Shown here in pieces: positions 24,800-34,428 of a DNA stretch of 63,469 bases. Both the position numbers and the translations under genes were made by a program. Source of the DNA: Kiritimatiellia bacterium (GTDB taxonomy: Bacteria; Verrucomicrobiota; Kiritimatiellia; RFP12; JAAYLN01); contig JAFWPM010000057.1 in NCBI GenBank assembly GCA_017509565.1, positions 1-63,469 on the forward strand, in the 5' to 3' direction. Every line of letters begins with the position of its first letter. Position 1 is the stretch's first letter. The notes below the pieces were generated by a model, which was given only the letters and a program-made list of their open reading frames with translations, was not told the origin of the DNA and searched no databases.

Positions 24800-27700
24800 A
24801 TGAACAGGGCCAGATATTGTCTTGATCCGGGGAAAAAACTGGTGGACGCCGTGGCGGACTGGCTGTCATGCCGCGCAAGGGCCGACCCCGCTTCGGGCGC
24901 GGCGTCGCTCGCCCACGTCCTCGTCGTGGTGCCGACGGCGCAAAGCGGCCGCGCCCTGCGCCTTGCGCTGGCCAGGCGCTTTGCCGACAGGGGGCTGGTG
25001 CCGCCATCCACTGTCCAGCCAATGCGCCTTGTGCTTGGCGACGAGCCGGGCGATGTCGCGACAAGGCCGCAGGCCTGCGCGGCCTTCCTCGCATTTCTCG
25101 CTGCCGGCCCGGAAAAGCCGCATTCCCGCTGGCCGCACCTCTTCCACGGGGATTCGGCCGACGACCACGAGGCCCTGCTGTCATTCTTCGACCAGCTGGA
25201 CGATCTCTGGCGGGTCCTCGGCTCCGGCGGGCTTATGATGCGCGATGTCGCCGCGGACCCCGGCGCGGCCGAATTGCTTGAATCGGCCATCGGCGACGAA
25301 ATGGCAAGGTGGCGCGAGCTTTCTTCGCTTGAGGATGGCTTTTTCGATTTTCTCCATTCGCACGGCCTGCGCCACGAATCGGAACGAATCCGCGATTCCA
25401 GAAAGGCATCGCCTGCGCTGGACGCCGAAATCGAGGAAATTGTCCTTCCGGCCCTGGCGGACCCCGTGCCGGTGCTTTACGACGTTCTGGAGCGGACCGA
25501 CAGGAATGTCTCCGTCCTCCTGCATTCAGGCGAGCCCGACGCCTGCAAGTTCGACGAATGGGGGCGGCCGCTGCCCGGCGCCTGGACAGGCGCCGCCCGG
25601 CCTGTGCTTCCACTGCGCGACTGCGACATTGTGCGGGCCGCCGCGGATTCGGCCCTCGCCGGCGAAATCGCGAAGTATTTCCCCAACGGCGCCAATGGCG
25701 CCTCCGCGCCTGAACTCGGGCTTTGCGACAACGCCCTTTTCGGCAACCTGGCCGCGGCCCTTGGCGCCAACGGCTTTGACTTGCACGACCCAGTGAAGTT
25801 CAAGCTTTCATCATCGTCGCTCGGCCGCATCGCGGCAAGGCTCGTCTCAATCTTCGCAAGCGGCGGAGAGTCATGCAGGTGGGATGAGTTCGCCGCGCTG
25901 ATGCGCGAGGATGACGTCCTCGCCCGCGTCCTGCGCGAACTCTCCCAGGGCGCCAGTCCGCCGTCCCGACGCAGCGTCCTGGTGGGAATGGCCGCCTTCC
26001 GCAATGCGTATTTCCCAAGGGTGGCCTCCCGGGGCATGGCCTTCGACATCGAGGCGGTCAGACATGGGGACCGCGGTGCGGTCAGGGACTTCGCGCGCGC
26101 GGCGAATGCGCTCTTCGACATCGTAGGCGGCGGGCGGGCCGAAGTCGCATCCGCCGCGCCATTCGTCCGCTCCGCCCTGGCGGCCATTTTCTCCGGGCGC
26201 AAGCCTGGCCGGGACCTGTCCGGCGAACGAGAGCTGTCCGCGGCCGCGGACGCCTTGCGCGATGTCCTGGATCAGTTCTCAGACGACGCGTTCAAGGGCT
26301 TCGCCCCAGGCCGCTCCCTTTCGGCGGCGCTCCTGAGGAAGGGAATATCCGACGCGACCTATTCGCTGGAGCCCGATTCCCCCTCCGCCCTCAGGGCTGT
26401 CGGCTGGCTCGATCTGTCGTGGAGCGGCGCAGACAGGATACTGCTCGCCGGTTTCAACGAGGGCGATGTCCCGGACTCCATTGCAGGACATCCATTTCTT
26501 CCGGAATCCCTGCGCGCCAAACTTGGCCTCCAGTCCAACGACGCACGCCTGGCGCGCGACACGTTCCTACTGAAGGAGATGCTGGATGCGCGCGCGGAGG
26601 GGGCCGTCCGCGCCTGCTTCGCCAGGACTAGCGACTCCGGCGACATCCACCGTCCGAGCAGGCTGCTCTTCCTTGTCCGCGACGCCGATCTCGCCGCGCG
26701 TGTAAAGTGCCTTTTCGGGGAACTCCCGTCCGGCGGCGGCCGCGCGCCACGCGCCATTGCCGACGGGTGGCGGCCGCGTCTGCCTTCCGCCCTGGCCCTC
26801 CCGCATTCCGGCGACGGGGCCACACCTGGCGGGCGTCTTTCAGCCTCGCATATCGACTCGTGGCTCCGCTGCCCCTTTTCATGCCTGCTCTCATACGGGA
26901 TGGGCATGGAGCGGACCGAGGAAAAGGACGAGTTCGGCGCCGACGACTTCGGCAATTTTGTCCACGCCGCGCTCGAGGAATACGCGAAGAGCCAGATCGA
27001 GAGGGATTCCAACGGCCTTCCGCAGCTGCGGGAGGAGGCCGACATCCGCGCGGCCCTGGCGGACATTTTCGGGAAAATACGCGCCCGCCATGGCGAGCCG
27101 CTGCCGGCAAAGCTTGAGCTGCAGCTCGACTCGGTCCAGTCGCGCCTGGAGAACTTCGCCGCCATCCAGGCCAGGTGGGCGTCAAATGGCTGGAAGATTG
27201 TGGCCCGGCCGGAATTCGGGTTCACCGCGCGCCCATTCCGGGACGAGGACGGGCCCGATGTCTGGATTCGCGGATTTGTCGATAGGATCGATTTCAAGGA
27301 AGGCACCGGCTATCGGCTGATTGACTACAAGACGTGGGACTCCAGGTCCGCAATCGTTCGCAAAATCGTTTCCTCGGGCGCGGCGGAGGCCGCCCACGCA
27401 ATGTCGCTTGGGCTCCCGCTGCTCCAGGCGGCGCGCTGCAATGCCGCGGGACGCCGGATCCTTTCCGTGCAGCTCCCCCTGTATGCCCGCTGCCTTGAAA
27501 CCATGCCTGCCAGCGAATGCGGCCACCTGCCTACGGATGGCTTCGCCGGCCACATCGCCGATTGCTGCTACCTTGTCCTCGGCAAGAATCCCGAGAACAC
27601 GTGCGTCTTCGGCAGCTCAGAGGACCAGGGCGATTTTGAGTCGCAGAAGAGAGGCAAGCTCGTCCTGTCGGAGGAGTGCTTTTCGAATGCTGCGCTGGAC

Positions 27701-27937
27701 ACCGCCCGCATCGCGATACGCGCCATCAGGCGCGGCCTGTACTGGCCGCCCGGCCCCGGCAACGAACTCAAGTACGGCCTTGGCGACATCCTGCTCAATT
27801 CGGCGGAAAGCGACATGAAGGGGACTCCATGGCTCGCCGAACAGGAGGCGCGAATGACTCTGTTCGCGGCGGAGATGGCGGCGAACGCAACTGGCGGCGC
27901 CACCGCGCCGGAACGGGAAATGGAGGCGGAACAATGA
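24800..27937 (+). CDS. addB: AddB-like PD-(D/E)XK nuclease subunit with a degenerate (Walker-A-less) helicase-like N-terminus
   Basis: No GxxGxGKT motif at the N-terminus (VVVPTAQSGRALRLAL). C-terminal nuclease block is SHIDSWLRCPF...GNFVHAALEEY...GFVDRIDF...LIDYKT. ATGA overlap with addA. Confidence 0.7.
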   Translation: MNRARYCLDPGKKLVDAVADWLSCRARADPASGAASLAHVLVVVPTAQSGRALRLALARRFADRGLVPPSTVQPMRLVLGDEPGDVATRPQACAAFLAFLAAGPEKPHSRWPHLFHGDSADDHEALLSFFDQLDDLWRVLGSGGLMMRDVAADPGAAELLESAIGDEMARWRELSSLEDGFFDFLHSHGLRHESERIRDSRKASPALDAEIEEIVLPALADPVPVLYDVLERTDRNVSVLLHSGEPDACKFDEWGRPLPGAWTGAARPVLPLRDCDIVRAAADSALAGEIAKYFPNGANGASAPELGLCDNALFGNLAAALGANGFDLHDPVKFKLSSSSLGRIAARLVSIFASGGESCRWDEFAALMREDDVLARVLRELSQGASPPSRRSVLVGMAAFRNAYFPRVASRGMAFDIEAVRHGDRGAVRDFARAANALFDIVGGGRAEVASAAPFVRSALAAIFSGRKPGRDLSGERELSAAADALRDVLDQFSDDAFKGFAPGRSLSAALLRKGISDATYSLEPDSPSALRAVGWLDLSWSGADRILLAGFNEGDVPDSIAGHPFLPESLRAKLGLQSNDARLARDTFLLKEMLDARAEGAVRACFARTSDSGDIHRPSRLLFLVRDADLAARVKCLFGELPSGGGRAPRAIADGWRPRLPSALALPHSGDGATPGGRLSASHIDSWLRCPFSCLLSYGMGMERTEEKDEFGADDFGNFVHAALEEYAKSQIERDSNGLPQLREEADIRAALADIFGKIRARHGEPLPAKLELQLDSVQSRLENFAAIQARWASNGWKIVARPEFGFTARPFRDEDGPDVWIRGFVDRIDFKEGTGYRLIDYKTWDSRSAIVRKIVSSGAAEAAHAMSLGLPLLQAARCNAAGRRILSVQLPLYARCLETMPASECGHLPTDGFAGHIADCCYLVLGKNPENTCVFGSSEDQGDFESQKRGKLVLSEECFSNAALDTARIAIRAIRRGLYWPPGPGNELKYGLGDILLNSAESDMKGTPWLAEQEARMTLFAAEMAANATGGATAPEREMEAEQ

Positions 27938-30900
27938 ATGGCAACCTTGTCCTGAAGGCATCGGCCGGAACCGGCAAGACCTTTGCCATCGCCACACGCT
28001 ACATCCGGCTGCTTGTGCTCGGCAACGCCCGCCCAGAGGCCATCCTCGCGCTGACCTTCTCCCGCGCGGCGGCACAGGAAATCTACACCAAGATCCTCGA
28101 GCGCCTCTGCGAGGCCGCTGCCTCCGAGCGGGGCGCGGAGGCCGAGCGCGGCTTCCTCCTCGGATGGCAGAGCGAACTCGCCGTTGAAAACCCCTCCGGG
28201 GCCAGCGCCGCAGAACTTGCCGGACTGCGCGAAGCGGAGGCGCGGCACCTCTCTTCCTGGACGAGCGCGAGGTTCGCGCAGCTCCTGCGGCGCGTCGTGG
28301 ATGCCCAGCACCACGACACCATCGCCACCCTTGACAGTTTCATCCTGCGCATCGTCCATGCCTTCCCGCTGGAAATGGGTTTCCAGCGCGAGGTGTCCGT
28401 CCTTGACGAATATGGCGAGGCGCAGGCGTCGCGGGACGCCCTTGAGGAGGCGCTGTCAGCGCGGTGGGGGGATGGCGGCGCCGAAGTCAGGGCGCTCTTC
28501 CGCGACTTGCAGGACGGGGCGGCATCGCGCACCGTGCTGCCCTGCCTTGACAAGGCGGCTGGCAAATGGCGAGGTTTCATCCACGGCCACCCTGAGTCCA
28601 GGAATTGGACGGCTGAGACCATGCTGGCCGCGCTTGGGCTTGTGGACGATGTGGCCAGCCCGCCGGACTTGTCCGCGCTTCCCGCTACGGGGAAGAAGGC
28701 CGACCCATTTGGGACAATCGTCGGCCGCGTCAGCGACTGCGCCGACGGGAGGCTGGACGACAAGAAGATTTTCAGCGACAAGCCCGGCGAGCTGATGCTT
28801 CACCTTATGATGGACCCGGCCGCGACGTCATACTCATACGATACGAAAACGGGGAAAGCCAAGACTATCGACTGCGGCAGCGCGGAAGTGGCTGACCTTG
28901 TGCGCGCCGCGGCCCGCTACATGGTCGGCAAGGCCATCGCGCGCCGCCTCGCCGTCGTCGCGGCCAATCTCCGCCTTGCCGAAAATGTCGAGTCCGCCTA
29001 CGAGGCGGGAACCCGCCGGCGCGGCCTTCTGACTTTTGAGGACTTTACCGACAGGCAGGCGAAATTCGCAAGTTCCGGCAGGGCCTTCGAGCTTCAGAAC
29101 CTGCAGTTCCGCCTCGATTCCCGCTTCGACCACTGGGCCCTTGACGAATTCCAGGACACGAGCATGCCGCAGTGGGAAAGCCTCAGCGTCCTTGTTGACC
29201 AGGCGGCCGGCGATGCCGTCGACGGCTCCGCCGGAGGCGGCCGCAGCGTCATGGCCGTTGGCGACTTCAAGCAGTCGATTTACGCATGGCGCGGCGGCAA
29301 TGACGTGCCGTTCAAGACGCTGATCGAAACCGTCCGGGACGGCGGGGGGCTCGTCGCCGCGCTGCCAGTCTCGCACCGCTACCGCCAGAACACGGCGGAT
29401 TTCCTCAATGCGGTTTTCTCGCCCGAAAACATCCGACCGCTTGTGGGGGCGACATGCCCTGTCGCCATGGACCTGTGGGAGTCCGAGTGCTGGCCCGCCG
29501 GCGGGCACAGGGCCGAGCCAGGCCCGGATGGCCTCCCGAAGCGCGACGACTACGTCGAAGTCGTCGCGGCCGATCCCCTCGACCCCGACGATGCGCTGTC
29601 CGCCTTGGCGGGTGCCGACGACGATTCCGACGACTTGCGCCCAAGCGTCGCGCTTCGCGCGCTCGCCCCGTCGATCTGCAAGTGCGTCCGCGAAATGGTC
29701 CAGGCCAAGCTGGATGCCGGCAGCACGGACTCAATCGGCATCCTCGTCAGGAAAAACGGAGACGGCATCTACCTCGCCGAAACGCTCCGCAAGCATCTTT
29801 TGGCGAACGGCAGGGCCCTGCCCGTCGTATGGGAGGGCGAGGGCGGCGTCCTTGACGCACCGGTCGTCCGCGCAATCCTCGAACTGCTGAAGCTGGCCGA
29901 ACACCCTGACGACGCCTTCGCCTGGGCCGCGGTGAATTCGATCTTCCCGCTCCGCGGGACGGTCCTCCCCGACGGCGCTCTCCGCGAATCCGGCTTCGTC
30001 CCGCCCGGGGGCGATGTCACGCCGGATGCCGTTTCGTCCGCCGTCGCGTCGATGCTTTCAAAGCGCGGGCTCGCGAGAACCCTCCGCGAGTTCGCGGGCG
30101 CGCTCAAGTCTTCTAGCCCAAAACTTGACAGGCGTTCCATCGCGCGACTCGACGATCTCGTCCGCGAAGGTGTCAAGTTCGAGGGCCGTCCGGAATCCGA
30201 AGGCGGTGTCGCGGCCTTCCGCCGCTACCTGGGGAAAGTCACCGACAGGGATGTCGCCTCATCCCCGGACTGCGTCCGCATCATGACCATCCATAGTTCG
30301 AAGGGCCTTACCCTTGACCGCGTAATCGTCCCCGTGACTGAAAGCTCGCACTCCGCACGCAACTTGTTCAGAAGCGCCGGCGACTGGATTGTCGGCGACG
30401 GCTGGGTTCTCGACTCGCTGGACAGGAACCTGGCGGAAGTCTGCGCCCCAGTCCGCGACGCCATCGCGGCCGCGGCCAACGACCACTGCATCGCCGACTT
30501 GCGGACATGGTATGTCGCGCTGACCCGCGCCAGGATGTCCACCCGCGTCTTTCTCCTGGACGGCGATTTGCAGGGAACGCAGTTCCGGGACGTCCTCCTC
30601 CGCCCATTCGCCGGCGAAGGGCGCCGCGAATGCGCCTACGGGACAATTCTCCACTCCGCCGGAGGGGAGCCGCCATATTCGCGCAAGGCCACGCCATCCG
30701 TCCGGAACCCCGCCGAATGGAACGGCCGGGGCGGTGAAGGGCAGGTGCGCCATGCGACCCCCTCCACCGCCGACTCGTCCGCCGGAGCTTCGGCGCCGGC
30801 GGCGCATCCGCTCTCCAACCCGTTTGCCGAAACGTTCCGCGCCGGGGCGCGGCGCGGGGTCGAGGAGCACGCGGCCTTCGCCAGGATTGGCTGGATTGAC

Positions 30901-31305
30901 CCGGCATCCCCGGCGGACGGGCGGGAGGGCGCCATCCTCGCCTCGCCATGGCGCGAAGCCTTCGTTGAGACCCCGACGTCCGAACTGTGGCGCGAGCGCC
31001 AATACGAGGTCTTCCGCAGCCATTCCAATGTCTGGGAGACCGGCCAGTTCGACCGCGTAGTCTTCACCGGCGCGGGCGATGGCCGCTCGGCCACCATCTA
31101 CGACTTCAAGACAAATGCGATGCTCCGCGGCGAGTCAGTCGCCGATTTCGAAGGGCGGATGGCCTCGGCCTACGGCAGGCAGATGTCGGCCTACCGGCGG
31201 TCCCTTTCATCGCTGTGCGGGATTCCGGAGCAGAATATCCGCACCGTCCTCCTGCTTGCGGAGTCCATGACCGCGAAGGAGGTCGCGGAAGGGGACAGCC
31301 CCTGA
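27934..31305 (+). CDS. addA: AddA-like UvrD/Rep-family helicase with a C-terminal PD-(D/E)XK nuclease
   Basis: Contains KASAGTGKTF, LDEFQDTS, VGDFKQSIYAWRGG, TIHSSKGL and C-terminal FDRVVF...IYDFKTN. Start ATG 27934. The track start at 27676 lies inside addB. Confidence 0.8.
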   Translation: MNGNLVLKASAGTGKTFAIATRYIRLLVLGNARPEAILALTFSRAAAQEIYTKILERLCEAAASERGAEAERGFLLGWQSELAVENPSGASAAELAGLREAEARHLSSWTSARFAQLLRRVVDAQHHDTIATLDSFILRIVHAFPLEMGFQREVSVLDEYGEAQASRDALEEALSARWGDGGAEVRALFRDLQDGAASRTVLPCLDKAAGKWRGFIHGHPESRNWTAETMLAALGLVDDVASPPDLSALPATGKKADPFGTIVGRVSDCADGRLDDKKIFSDKPGELMLHLMMDPAATSYSYDTKTGKAKTIDCGSAEVADLVRAAARYMVGKAIARRLAVVAANLRLAENVESAYEAGTRRRGLLTFEDFTDRQAKFASSGRAFELQNLQFRLDSRFDHWALDEFQDTSMPQWESLSVLVDQAAGDAVDGSAGGGRSVMAVGDFKQSIYAWRGGNDVPFKTLIETVRDGGGLVAALPVSHRYRQNTADFLNAVFSPENIRPLVGATCPVAMDLWESECWPAGGHRAEPGPDGLPKRDDYVEVVAADPLDPDDALSALAGADDDSDDLRPSVALRALAPSICKCVREMVQAKLDAGSTDSIGILVRKNGDGIYLAETLRKHLLANGRALPVVWEGEGGVLDAPVVRAILELLKLAEHPDDAFAWAAVNSIFPLRGTVLPDGALRESGFVPPGGDVTPDAVSSAVASMLSKRGLARTLREFAGALKSSSPKLDRRSIARLDDLVREGVKFEGRPESEGGVAAFRRYLGKVTDRDVASSPDCVRIMTIHSSKGLTLDRVIVPVTESSHSARNLFRSAGDWIVGDGWVLDSLDRNLAEVCAPVRDAIAAAANDHCIADLRTWYVALTRARMSTRVFLLDGDLQGTQFRDVLLRPFAGEGRRECAYGTILHSAGGEPPYSRKATPSVRNPAEWNGRGGEGQVRHATPSTADSSAGASAPAAHPLSNPFAETFRAGARRGVEEHAAFARIGWIDPASPADGREGAILASPWREAFVETPTSELWRERQYEVFRSHSNVWETGQFDRVVFTGAGDGRSATIYDFKTNAMLRGESVADFEGRMASAYGRQMSAYRRSLSSLCGIPEQNIRTVLLLAESMTAKEVAEGDSP

Positions 31306-31349
31306 ATGGAGCGCGCTGGCGGGCCGCTGGATTGTGGCCCGCCGCCGCG

Positions 31350-32603
31350 CTAGCCATTGAATACCGTGCGGTCGAACCTGAACCCCGCCGCGTTCTCGAA
31401 GACTTCGGGGCGGCCCCTTGTCCGGCATGAGGTGCCGTGCCGCTCCCAGTCGTCGAATTCAGGGGATGGGCTTTTCGTGAATTCGCAGTCCTCGAATGTG
31501 AAGTTCCTGAATGGCGTCCCGGGGCGGCCCTGGACGAATGGCCAGAGCCGCGCCGTCGTCTTGACGCGCCTGAACGTTATGTCGCGCACCGCGTCGATGC
31601 GCGTCTCCGCGCTCCTGGACATCCTCGCCTCAATCGGGTATCCCCGGATGCCGTCCATCTCGATGTCTTCGAACAGCAGGTTCTCGGTAAGGGACGCCTC
31701 TCGCCCGAAGTCTGGATGGAGCGGCTTGTCCGGCATTACGAATTCGATGCCGTAGGAAGTGTCGCGCATGGCGATGCGCCTGAACGAGCAGTCGCGTATC
31801 TTGCCGTCGTTCATCCAGCCAATCCTGATTCCGCCGGCCCACGCCCTGATGCGGCAGTCGCGGATTTCCACGCGCTCGCACGGGCGGTCCTCCCTGAGGG
31901 AGCGGCTGTTCGCGCGCACTATCAGGGCGTCGTCGCCGCACTCAATGTCGCAGTCCGACACCGAGACGTCCCGCGAGCAGTTGATGTGGATCCCGTCGTT
32001 GTTCGGGTAGCGGACATCGCATCGGATCTCCAGGCCGCGCATTTCCACTTTGTCGCAGTCGTGAATCCAGTAGGCCCAGCCGGCCGGGCCGTTCACGAGC
32101 CGCACCCCGTCAATCCTGACGTCCCGGCATCCGGCCAGGAATACGACGCGCGGCAGGGACTTCTCCATCGGCCAGCGCCTGTGGAACTCCCATCCCGTCC
32201 AGTCGGCCTCCTCCTTCCTGATGACGTGCGCGTCGCCGTTGCAGTCAATCGTCCCCGGCCCGGTTATGGCCATGTGCTCGCATTCGTCCGCGAAAATGAA
32301 ACTGGCGCTTCTTGAACGCGGGAGGTTCTCGGTCGCCACATGGCGCGGGGCTGGCCAGTCGCGGAAGTCGTCGATGTCTGGCGAGGCCAGGAGCCTTGCC
32401 CCATCGGCGATGTGGAGCTCGACTCCGGAGCGGAGCTGGATCGGGCCTGAAAGGTATGTCCCGCCGGCAAGCTCCACCTGCGAAAGCCCGCCGCCGGGGG
32501 TGAAGCGCGATGCGGCCGCGTCAATCGCCGCCTGTATCGCGGCCGTGTCCTTTGTCCGGCCGTCGGCCCTGGCCCCGAAATCACGCGGATTGATGCTGCC
32601 CAT
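31350..32603 (-). CDS. Glycoside hydrolase family 28 (polygalacturonase-like) protein, no obvious signal peptide
   Basis: Contains INPRDFGARADGRTKDTAAIQAAID, NNDGIHI, CGDDALIV and GGIRIG. ATG 32603. The track start at 32792 runs into argS. Confidence 0.75.
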   Translation of the reverse strand: MGSINPRDFGARADGRTKDTAAIQAAIDAAASRFTPGGGLSQVELAGGTYLSGPIQLRSGVELHIADGARLLASPDIDDFRDWPAPRHVATENLPRSRSASFIFADECEHMAITGPGTIDCNGDAHVIRKEEADWTGWEFHRRWPMEKSLPRVVFLAGCRDVRIDGVRLVNGPAGWAYWIHDCDKVEMRGLEIRCDVRYPNNDGIHINCSRDVSVSDCDIECGDDALIVRANSRSLREDRPCERVEIRDCRIRAWAGGIRIGWMNDGKIRDCSFRRIAMRDTSYGIEFVMPDKPLHPDFGREASLTENLLFEDIEMDGIRGYPIEARMSRSAETRIDAVRDITFRRVKTTARLWPFVQGRPGTPFRNFTFEDCEFTKSPSPEFDDWERHGTSCRTRGRPEVFENAAGFRFDRTVFNG

Positions 32604-32610
32604 CGCCGCA

Positions 32611-34356
32611 CTATATCCTTTCCGGCGCCTCGATGCCGAGCAGGTCGAGTCCGGCGCGGAGCGTCCGCGCCGTGAGTTCGCAGAGGTGCGCCCGGCTGTC
32701 CCTGACCGCCGGGTCCGCCTTGAGGATCGGATACCGCTGGTAGAAGCTGCTGTAGCTCTGCGAGAGGGCGTAGAGGTAGTCGGCAAGGACATTTGGCCGG
32801 CAGCTTTCCGCGGCGCGCACGACCGCGCCGGGGAATTTCAGTATCTGGAGGGCCAGTATGCGCTCAGCTGGCTCGTCGAGCATTAGCCTGGCCGCCGTCG
32901 GGGCCGCCCCTGGAACCGCCGCCCGGTATTTGTCAAGCAGGCTGCAAATCCTGGCGTGCGCGTACTGCAGGTATGGCCCGGAGTTGCCTTCCAGGGCAAG
33001 GGCCTTGTCCCACGTGAATACGATCATCGTCTGGGGGTCGTGGCTTAGGTCGGCGTATTTGATGGCCCCAACGCCTATTTGAGCCGCCAGTTTGGCCTTC
33101 GCCGCGTCGTCAAGGTCCTTGTCGGACGCGTCTATGATGGCGCGGGCGCGCTTCTCGGCTTCGTCGAGAAGCGTCTCCAGCTTTATCAAGTTGCCCTGGC
33201 GCGTTGAGATGACGCCCTCGGGAAGGCGCATGAGGCCGAACCAGACGTGCCGCAGCTTGCAGTTCCCGGGAACCAGCCCGAGCTTGTCGCAAATGCGGAA
33301 GAACTGCTTGAAATGCAGCTGCTGGCGCTCGTCCGTGACGTAGATGACCTCGTCGGGATTGTAGTCGCGGATGCGCGTGGCGACCGTCGCGATGTCGGTC
33401 GTCGTGTAGTTGAAGCCGCCGTCGCGCTTGCGGACTATCGCGACGTCAAGCCCGTCGTCCGTGAGGTCCACTATCGTCGCGCCGTCGCTCTCCTTGGCCA
33501 TGCCGGCCCTTTCGAGCGATTCCACGACTCCGGCGAGCTGCTCCTGGTAGTAGCTCTCGCCGCGGACAGTGTCGAACTTGACGCCGAGGCGGGCGTAGAT
33601 CTTGTCGAACTCGCCGAGGGACAGGCGTATGAACTCCCTCCACAGCGCGCGGTTGTCCGGGTCGCCCTGCTGGAGCTTGACCGTCTCGGTGCGGCAGGCG
33701 TCAAGCCATTCCTGCGCCGCGGCCTTCTGTTCGGGCGTGGCGTCGTCGCCGGCCTTCGTGCGCCCGTAGCTCTCCACGTATATGCGCTGTAGCTCCTCGA
33801 TCGGGTCGCGTTCAAGGGCCTCGCGGTCGAGAAATTCGCGGTAGCCCTTTATGATTATGCCAAACTGCGTGCCCCAGTCGCCGATGTGGTTGTCGGCGAC
33901 GACATTGTAGCCCAGGGCCTTGAATATCCTGTGAAGGGCGTTGCCGATCACTGTCGAGCGTATGTGCCCGATGTGCATGGGCTTGGCGACATTCGGGCTT
34001 GAGTAGTCGATCACGAGCGTCTTCCCGGCGCCGATCGCGGGCAGCGTCGTCGCGTCGGCGAGTTCCGCCGCCAGCCACGATGCGTCAACCCTGATGTTGA
34101 TGAAGCCCGGCCCAGCGATTTCGGCGGTAGCCGGCGCCCCGTCGCGGTCGAGGGCGCCCACAATCGCTTCGGCTATCGCGCGTGGCGGCTTGCGGAGCTT
34201 CCTCGCCAGCCCCATGGCGTCGTTGCATTGGAAGTCGCCAAAGGCCGGGTCCGTCGCCGGCTGTATCCGCAGCGCGGTTCCGGCCGCCGCATCTCCAAAC
34301 GCCTTTTCAAGCGCGGCCTGTAGCCATTGTTCAAGTTGTTCGGTTCCTGAATTCAT
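32611..34356 (-). CDS. argS: Arginine--tRNA ligase
   Basis: Contains SPNVAKPMHIGHIRS (HIGH), the anticodon-binding domain and a C-terminal ...GIEAPERI. ATG 34356 is preferred over the track start at 34395. Confidence 0.9.
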   Translation of the reverse strand: MNSGTEQLEQWLQAALEKAFGDAAAGTALRIQPATDPAFGDFQCNDAMGLARKLRKPPRAIAEAIVGALDRDGAPATAEIAGPGFINIRVDASWLAAELADATTLPAIGAGKTLVIDYSSPNVAKPMHIGHIRSTVIGNALHRIFKALGYNVVADNHIGDWGTQFGIIIKGYREFLDREALERDPIEELQRIYVESYGRTKAGDDATPEQKAAAQEWLDACRTETVKLQQGDPDNRALWREFIRLSLGEFDKIYARLGVKFDTVRGESYYQEQLAGVVESLERAGMAKESDGATIVDLTDDGLDVAIVRKRDGGFNYTTTDIATVATRIRDYNPDEVIYVTDERQQLHFKQFFRICDKLGLVPGNCKLRHVWFGLMRLPEGVISTRQGNLIKLETLLDEAEKRARAIIDASDKDLDDAAKAKLAAQIGVGAIKYADLSHDPQTMIVFTWDKALALEGNSGPYLQYAHARICSLLDKYRAAVPGAAPTAARLMLDEPAERILALQILKFPGAVVRAAESCRPNVLADYLYALSQSYSSFYQRYPILKADPAVRDSRAHLCELTARTLRAGLDLLGIEAPERI

Positions 34357-34428
34357 CGTTATGCCAGTTGTGTTGGTCAGGCCTTCGGCGGCCAAACGTT
34401 TTTTTTTTAATGGAGTCGCGGCGCTATG

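Noticed and set aside
34399-34408. T10 run (A10 on the coding strand side) between the acyl-CoA ligase stop and the argS start, considered as a terminator or phase-variable tract.
   Set aside because: It is intergenic, and the adjacent stem (GGCC-N6-GGCC) is only 4 bp. No plus-strand gene ends here. At most it is a weak bidirectional terminator or an UP-like element.
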